NCBI GenBank assembly: GCA_039029335.1
Contig: JBCCGJ010000001.1
Coordinates: forward strand, 1 to 60,668
Length of the DNA stretch: 60,668 nt
Reading direction: 5' to 3'
Source of the DNA: Actinomycetota bacterium
Lineage (GTDB): Bacteria > Actinomycetota > Acidimicrobiia > Acidimicrobiales > SZUA-35
Numbering within the stretch: position 1 is the first letter of the stretch; each line of letters begins with the position of its first letter. This document shows positions 16,849-25,800 of this stretch, in pieces. The position numbers were made by a program, and so were the translations under genes. The notes beneath the pieces were generated by a model that had not been told where the DNA came from, made no database searches, and saw nothing but the letters and a program-made list of their open reading frames with translations.

Positions 16849-19800
16849 TTGGCAGGGAGTATTGCCCGTTGCGGCCTTTTTGGCCGATTCGGCGCGTTAC
16901 TCTCCCATACCGTGACTCTACTCGGCGGAAGTTCGCGTGCCCTTTTGCGTTCGCTACTGGTGTTGGCGATGCTTGCGTCCGTTTTGGTGGTCACGACACC
17001 GCGACCGGCGGCCGCCCATGCAGGAGACGACTGCGCGCTGTTCTTCCCCGCCGACGTGGCCGAGAACGACTGGTTCGGCTCCTCGGTCGGCATCGACGGG
17101 GACACCGCGGTCATCACCGCGTGGCTCGGCGACGAACCGACCGGCCCGATCAACGCCGGCGCGGCCTATGTCTATGACCGCCAGCCCGACGGCAGCTGGC
17201 TCGAGGGTCAGAAGCTGCTCCCCTCGGTGCAGGGGGCGTCCTTCAACTTCGGCTTCAGCGCCGACATCGACGGGGACATCATCGCCATCGGCGCCTGGCA
17301 CGAGACGGTCGGTGCCGCCGCCCAGGCGGGCGCCGTCTACATCTTCGAGCGTACGACCCCCACCGGCCCCTGGGCCGAGACGGCACGGCTTACCGCATCG
17401 GACGCCGACCCGGCCGACGACCTGGGCTACAACCTCGAGGTCGACGCCGCCACCTCGTCGGTCATCGTCGGTGCCCAGCAGGACGATGAGGGCGGTAGCA
17501 ACGCCGGTGCGGCGTACGTGTTCCGCAAGACGAACGGCGTGTGGGCCCAGGAGGCCAAGCTGCTCGACCCGAACGCAAACGTGAACGACCGGGCAGGCAA
17601 CGACGTTGCCATCGACGGCGACTGGGCGGTCGTCGGCCACCACCTGGACGACATCGGCATCAACGGTCCACAGACCAACGCCGGCGGTGCGCTGCTGTAC
17701 AAGCGGACCGGCACCACCTGGGGCGCCCCGGTCGAGCTGGACGTCAGCAACCCCGAGCCGATCAAGAACCGGGCGGGCTACGGCGTGGACATCGACGGGG
17801 ACCTGCTGGTCATGACCAGCTACCACGACTTCGACACCCAGATCCCCCAGGGTTGGATCTTCCGGGAGAACAACGGCGTCTGGACCGAGGAACAGCAGAT
17901 CTTCCCCTACCCGTCGGTCAACGCCGGTGATCATCCGTTCGCTGCTCCGAACAACGACGACGGCACCCACTTCGGCCGCCACGTCGAGTTGGACAACGGG
18001 GTCATCGCCGTGGGTTCGTCCTACGACTCCTCGCTCGACTTCGAGCGGGGCGCCACCCACTACTGGACGCAGGACACCAACGGGCTGTGGAAGGAAACGG
18101 CCAGGATCGATCCGGAAGGCAACGCTCGCTACTTCCACGCCGGCATCGCGGTCGGCCTCTCCGACACCCACGCCATCATCGGCGCTGAGAAGGGCAACGC
18201 AAACGACGACGGCATCCACGAACCGTTCGCCACCAGCCCGACCGAGATCTTCAACGCCGGCCTGGCCTGCATCGGCGACCTGTCCGACATCCTGGACGGC
18301 ACCCACTCCCCGAACCCGTTCTACGAGGTCTACGCCTCGGTCGGTGATGCAACCGTTGCCGAGGGGAACCCCGGTGACAGCAATCAGGCCTCGGTCGACG
18401 TGACCCTCTCCCAGGCTCCGCCGTCGGAAGTGACCGTCGAGATCTCGACCAGCGACGGCAGCGCCACCCTGGCCGACTCCGACTACACCCAGGTGACCAG
18501 CCAGGTCGTCACCTTCGCCGCCGGTGAGACCACCCAGACCGTCCTGTTCGACGTGACGGGGGACTTCAACACCGAGTCGAACGAGACGTTCCTGGTCGAG
18601 CTGGCCAATCCGACAACCGGTGTACTGATCGACGACGGTCTCGGCCAGGTGACCATCACCGACGAGGACGTCCTGGAGCTGACGGTCGGTGATGCAACCG
18701 TGACCGAGGGCGACAGCGGCACCACGGCCGCTCTGGTGGACGTCTCACTGCCGTTCCCCCCGACCGTTGTTGTGACGGCGGACCTGGCCACCCTCGACGG
18801 CTCGGCCACCACAGCCGACAATGACTACACCCCATACAGCGACACGCTCACCTTCGGTGTCGGTGAGCAGACCAAGCAGGTCTCGATCGACGTCATCGGT
18901 GACGGCTTCATCGAGGGTGACGAGACCTTCACCCTCGAGGTCACCGGCACGTCGGCAGGTCTCTCCATCGCAGACGGAAGCGGCCTGATCACGATCACCG
19001 GCGACGACGCCAACTCGGTGTCCATCGGCGACACCTCGGTCACCGAAGGAAACGCCGGGTCCACCGTCACCGCAACCGTTGATGTGACCCTGGCCTCGCC
19101 TGCATCCGTCCCGTTCGACGTCACGGTGTCCTCGGCGGACGGCACCGCAACCCTGGCCGACGGGGACTACCAGGCGTCAACGCAGACCGTTTCGTTTGCC
19201 ATCGGTGAGGACACCAAGTCCGTCTCCTTCACCGTGAACGGTGACGACACCCCCGAGGGCGACGAGGTCTTCACTGCCGAGCTCTCCAACCCCACCGCTG
19301 GTGTGACCATCAACGACGGCAGCGGGAACATCACGATCACAAACGACGACGCACCGAGCGTCTCGATCGGCGACGCCGAGACCCTTGAAGGGGCCCTCGG
19401 TGGCACCACCCCGGTCTCGGTCGAGGTCAGCCTGTCCTCTCCGGCCGTTGCCCCGGTATCCGTCACCGTCGACACGGCGGACGGCACCGCAACCACCGCG
19501 GACTCCGACTACACCGCGGTCACCGCCCAGGTGGTCAGCTTCGCCATCGGTGAGCAGACCAAGACCGTCACCGTCGACGTTCTCGGTGATGACACGGCCG
19601 AGTCGAACGAGGACCTCACGCTGGTTGCCTCCGCCCCGACCGGCGGTCTGACCATTGCGCACGGGACCGGCACGATCGACATCTTCGACGATGACTCCGT
19701 TGCGATCGTGGTCGGCGACGCCACCGTCGTCGAGGGCGCGGACGGCACCACGGACACCGTGACGGTCGACGTCACGCTCACCCAGCCGGCCGTCGGCCAG

Positions 19801-22800
19801 ATCGACGTCACCATCGCCACCGCAGACGACACCGCAACCACCGCGGACTCCGACTACGTGGCCAGTTCCCAAGTTGTGACCTTCCTCGACACCGAGTCGG
19901 CGAAGCAGGTGACCATCACGGTCAACGGTGATGACGTCGCCGAGGCCGATGAGGTCTTCCTCGTCCAGGCCTCCAACGTGGTGGGCACCGCCACCATCGG
20001 TGACGGGACCGGTGAGGTGACCATCACCAACGACGACTCCGTCTCGGTCTCCATCGCCGACGGTTCGATCGTCGAGGGTGACGCAGGCACATCGGCCCTG
20101 CTGCTCGACGTGACCCTCAGCGCCGCCGCCCCGGAGACGGTGACCGTTGAGGTCGGCACGGCCGACGGCACCGCCACCACCGCCGATTCGGACTACACCG
20201 CGGTCTCCGGCCAGGTTGTCACCTTCGCCCCGGGCCAGACGGCCAAGCAGGTGTCCATCCCGGTCATCGGTGACGAGCAGTTCGAGGACGACGAGGACTT
20301 CACCGTCAACCTGACCAACCCGTCCGCCGGTCTCACCATCGGTGACGGCAGCGCAACCGCCACCATCACCAACGACGAGGTCATCACCGTCTCCGTCGGC
20401 GACGCAACGATCGCCGAGGGCGACAGCGGAACGGCGATCGTCTCGGTCGACGTCACACTCTCCGATCCGGCGGATCAGCAGATGACCGTTCTGGTCGACA
20501 CCGCCGACATCAGCGCAACCGCCGGGACCGACTACGTCGACCCCGGCCAGCAGACCGTGACCTTCAACATCGGCGAGTCGACCCAGTCCGTCGACATCAC
20601 CGTCAACGGTGACACCGCGATCGAACCGGACGAGTCGTTCTCGGTCACCGCCTCGAGTCCCACCGGTGGTCTTGTCCTCGGTGACGCCACCGGCGTGGTC
20701 ACCATCACCAACGACGACGTCCCCTCGGCGATCGACGTCTCCATCAGCGACGTCACCGTCGATCCGGAGGGCACCGGAGCGAACGGCACGGCCAACGTGA
20801 CCGTGTCCCTGTCCGCACCGGCCCAGGTGCCGGTCACCCTCGACGTGTCCACCGGACCGGCCACGCCGGAGACCGCAACCGCAGGTGCCGACTACACCGC
20901 CATCACCGATCAGCAGGTGGCGTTCGCCGTCGGTGAGCAGTCCAAGGTCATCTCCATAGACATCGTGGCCGACAGTCTGGCCGAGGTCGACGAGACCTTC
21001 GAACTGGTCGGCACCAACCTGCTCGGTAGCAACGTGTCGTTCGCCAAGAACATCGGTGTGATCACCATTGTCGATGACGATCCCATCACCGTCTCCGTCT
21101 CCGATGTGACCGTCACCGAGACCGACTCCGGGGCCAACAACCTGCTGGCGACGTTCACCCTGAACGGCCCGAGCTTCCAGACCGTTGTCATCGACTACGC
21201 CACCCAGGACGGCACCGCCACCGTGGCCGACGTGGACTACATCGCCAAGTCCGGCGAGGTCCGCTTTGCGCCGGGCGTGACGGTGCTGACCCGAGGGATC
21301 CAGTACATCGGCGACACCAACGTGGAGCCGGACGAGTTCTTCGAAGTTGTGCTGTCCAATCCGATCAACACCCTGATCGGTCAGGGCACCGCCACGATCA
21401 CCATCCTGGACGATGACACGCCGCCGCCCATGCTGACCGTCGGCGACGTCACCGTCGACCCGGAGGGGGCAAGCGCCACCACGACAACCGCCACCGTCGA
21501 CCTGACCCTCGATATCCCGGCCGTCGACACTGCCTCGTTCACGTTGGCCACCGTCGACGGCAGCGCAACCGAGCTGGACGGGGACTACGTCGCCCTGAAC
21601 CAGACCGTGACCTTCACGACCGGTGAGCAGGCGAAGACCATCGACATCACCATCAACGGTGACGACACGCCGGAGATCAACGAGCAGCTCACGGTGGTCG
21701 CCTCAAACCCGGTTGGCAAGATCGGCTTCAGCGACGACACCGGCACCATCACCGTCGTCGACGATGACGGCGCGGTCATCGCCTCGGTGCAGGACGTGAC
21801 CATCGCCGAGGGTGACGCCGCGGGCGGCAACACCGACGTGACGGTGACCGTCAACCTGTCCAGCCCGGCGACCGGGCCGATGAGCGTCGATCTGACCACC
21901 TCCGACGGGACCGCAGAAGCCGGGGCAGCCAACCCCGACTACGTGACCGCCACCCAGACGGTGTCGTTCAACCTGGGCGACACCACCGGGACCGCAGTCT
22001 TCCAGGTCGTCGGGGACGACATCGCCGAGGACGACGAGAACTTCTTCGTGACCGGCTCCAACCCGACCGGCGGGCTCCTCGTCGACACCCAGCCCGGTGA
22101 GGTCACCATCACCGACGACGACAACGTGCTCGTGTCGGTCAGCGGCATCGCCATCACCGAGCGGGACGCCGGTACCAAGAACGCCATTGTGACCTTCACG
22201 CTCAGCAAACCGTCATCGGTCAGCGTCAGTGTGGACTACGCCACCCAGGACGGCACCGCCACCCTGGCCGACAATGACTATCTGGAACGTATCGGTGATG
22301 TTCGGTTCCCGCCGCTGGCCACCACCAGGACCCGCGGGTTCACCATCGTCGGTGACCTGAACGAGGAGGAGAACGAGATCTTCAACGTGCTCCTCAGCAA
22401 CCCGGTGAACGCCCAGATCGGCACGGGAACCGGTGTGGTCACCATCCTGGACGACGATGTCGTCGGCAACCCCCTGACCGTCGGTGACGCAACCGTGGTC
22501 GAGGGTGACAGCGGTACAACAACCGTTGACGTCACCCTGAGCCTGCAGGACCCGGCGGCGGACGCCTTCACCGTTGACGTGGAAACGCTCAACGGTACGG
22601 CGGTCTCCGGCACGGACTACCAGGCGATCAACCCGGCTCAGACCGTCTCATTCGCCCAGGGCGACCAGAGCCAGACCGTGACCCTCAACGTCAACGGCGA
22701 CACCGACCCCGAGGCCGACGAGACCTTCGCCCTTGTCGCCTCCAACAGTTCAACGACCGCGATCAACTTCGCCGACAACACCGGCCTGATCACGGTGTTC

Positions 22801-25800
22801 AACGACGACCTGATCGATGTGAGCGTCGGTGATGCAACCGTCGCCGAAGGTGCGGCGACCACCACGGTCGACGCAACGGTCACCGTGTCGCTCAGCCAGC
22901 CGGCCATCGGCACGATGACCGTCGATGTCGCTTCCGTCGACGGTTCGGCCACGGTTGCCGGATCGGACTACGTGGCCGTGCCGACCCAGACCTTGGTCTT
23001 CAGCGACGGCGAACAGACCCAGGACGTCACCGTCACCGTCAACGGCGACGACGACTTTGAGACCGACGAGAGCTTCTCTCTTGTTGTTGGGACGGTCACC
23101 GGTGACCTCAACGTCCTCGACGGTGCGGGCGAGGTGACGATCACCAACGACGACACGTTCATCGGCTCGCTGTCCGTTGTGGTCGGCGGCGCCACCGTCG
23201 TCGAGCCGGACGCCGGTTCAACGGTCAACGCCGTGGTCGACGTCACGCTCACCGAACCGGCGACCTCGGCGGTCAGCCTGGACATCGTGTCCTCGGACGG
23301 CACGGCGACCATTGCCGACAGTGACTACGTCGCCGTTGCCGAGACGGTCAACTTCGCCATCGGCGAGCAGACCAAGCAGGTCACGGTCATCGTCAACGGC
23401 GACGACGCCGCCGAGTTCGACGAGACGCTGACCCTTGTCGCCTCGAACCCCAGTGTGGGTCTGGCGATCCTCGACGGCGTTGGTGAGGTGGTCATCCTCA
23501 ACAACGACGCCGCCCCGCTGGTCGGCCTGACCGTCACCGACGTGACGGTGGTCGAGGGTGACAGCGGCACCACAACCGCCAGCGTCAACCTGGTCCTGGA
23601 CCAGCCGCCGGTCTTCCCGGTCTCGGTCGACGTGTCCACCGGCGACGGCACGGCCACCCTGGCCGACGGCGACTACACCCAGATCACCGGTCAGACCGTG
23701 ACCTTCGGCTCCGGTGTCACCTCGCAGGTCGTCGACGTCGACGTCACCGGTGACACGAACAACGAACTGGACGAGGCGTTCAACCTCATCGCCTCGAATC
23801 CCAGCTCCGGTCTGACCATCACCGATGACACCGGTGAAATCACCATCCAAACCGACGACGCCATCATGATTTCGGTGGGTGATGTGACCCTTACCGAGAT
23901 CGACGCCGGTTTCCGCTGGGCTCAGGTGCCGTTCACCCTGACCGCGGCGCCCGCCACAAACGCCGACACCGTCGTTGTGGACTACACAACCGTTGACGGC
24001 ACGGCCACCGTGGCCGACGGCGACTACGAGGCCAGGTCCCAGGAGCTCCGCTTCGGGGTCGGGGTCACCTCGATCACCCGGGGCATCCGGATCTTCGGCG
24101 ATACCGACGCAGAGGCCAACGAGGTCCTGACCGTCGAGCTGTCCAACGTGGTGAACGCCCAGATCGGTGACGGCATCGGTCAGATCACCATCCTCGACGA
24201 CGACACCGCAACCATCGGCCTGACCGTCGGGGACGTGTCGATCGCCGAGGGTGACGCCGGTACCAGCATCGTCACGGTCACCCTGAACCTCGACTCACCG
24301 GCGGTGAACCCGCTGACGGTCGACGTGGAGACGGCGGACGGCACCGCAACCGCAGGCTCCGACTACGTGGCGCTCCCGCTGCAGACCGTGACGTTCAACC
24401 CGAACGATCAATCGAAGACCGTCGACATCACCATCAACGGTGACACCGCGGTGGAGCCGGACGAAACGTTCGACCTGGTGGCCAGCAACCCGTCGCTCGG
24501 TCTTGCCCTGACCGACGGCACCGGGACCGTCACCATCCTCCACGACGATCAGCCGAGGCTGACGGTCTCCGACGTGACGGTGACGGAAGGTGACACCGGT
24601 ACCACCACCGCCGCCGTCCTGGTGGACCTCGACCGGTCACCGACACAGGAACTGACCGTTGTGGTCTCAACCGTCGACGGTTCCGCCACCATCGCCGACA
24701 ACGACTACACCGCAGTCGGTGAGACCCTGACGTTTGCCATCGGCGAACAGTCGAAGGCGGTCAACGTCTTCATCAACGGCGACACCACATTTGAGACCGA
24801 CGAGGAACTCTCGGTGGTGGCATCCAACCCGTCCGCCGGTTTGGCGATCGATGATGACACCGGCGTCATCACCGTGACCAACGACGACACAACCGGTACG
24901 TTCGGGCTGATCGTCGGCGACGCCTCGGTGGTCGAGGGGCCGGACGCCACCACAACCGTGGCCACCGTTGATCTCAGCCTCTCGTTCCCCGCTCCGGGTC
25001 CGGTCGACGTCACGATCGACACCGCGGACGGGACCGCAACCACGGCCGACGGCGATTACGTGGCCATCAGCGGCCAGACGGTGAGCTTCGCCACCGGCGA
25101 GCAGTTCAAGCAGGTCCAGGTCACCGTCAACGGTGACGGCGACGAGGAGACGGACGAGACGTTCACCGTTGTGGCCTCCAACCCCACCGGTGGTGCGGTG
25201 CTGACCGACGGCACCGGCGTGGTCAACGTCCTCAACGACGATGTGGCCAACCTGCAGGTGTCCGTCGGTGACGCCCAGGAGGTCGAGGGCGAGAGCGGCA
25301 CGGTTGTTGTGTCCGTCCCGGTCACCCTGAACAAGCCGTCCCCGGTTCCGGTCTCTGTCGAGGTCAGCACCGTCGACGACACGGCCACAACGGCCGACAA
25401 CGACTACGTGGCGATCTCCTCCCAGCTGGTGAACTTCCCGGCGAACGAGGTCAACGCCACCGTCGACATCACGATCAACGGCGACACCACCCAGGAGCTC
25501 AACGAGACCTTCAACCTGGTGGCGTCCAACCCGTCCGCAGAGCTCTCGCTCGGTGATGACACCGGCGTGATCACCATCGTCACCGACGACGGGGTGACCA
25601 TCTCGGTCGCCGACGTGACGATGACCGAGATCGATGCGGGCTTCAAGTGGGCCCAGGTCTCCTTCACCCTGAGCGCGGCCCCCGGCTCTGACACGTTCAC
25701 CGTGGATTACACCACCCAGGACGGCACCGCCACCGCGGCCAGCGGCGACTACGAAACCCGGAGCGGCGACCTGCGGTTCGCCAACAACACCACAACGCTG

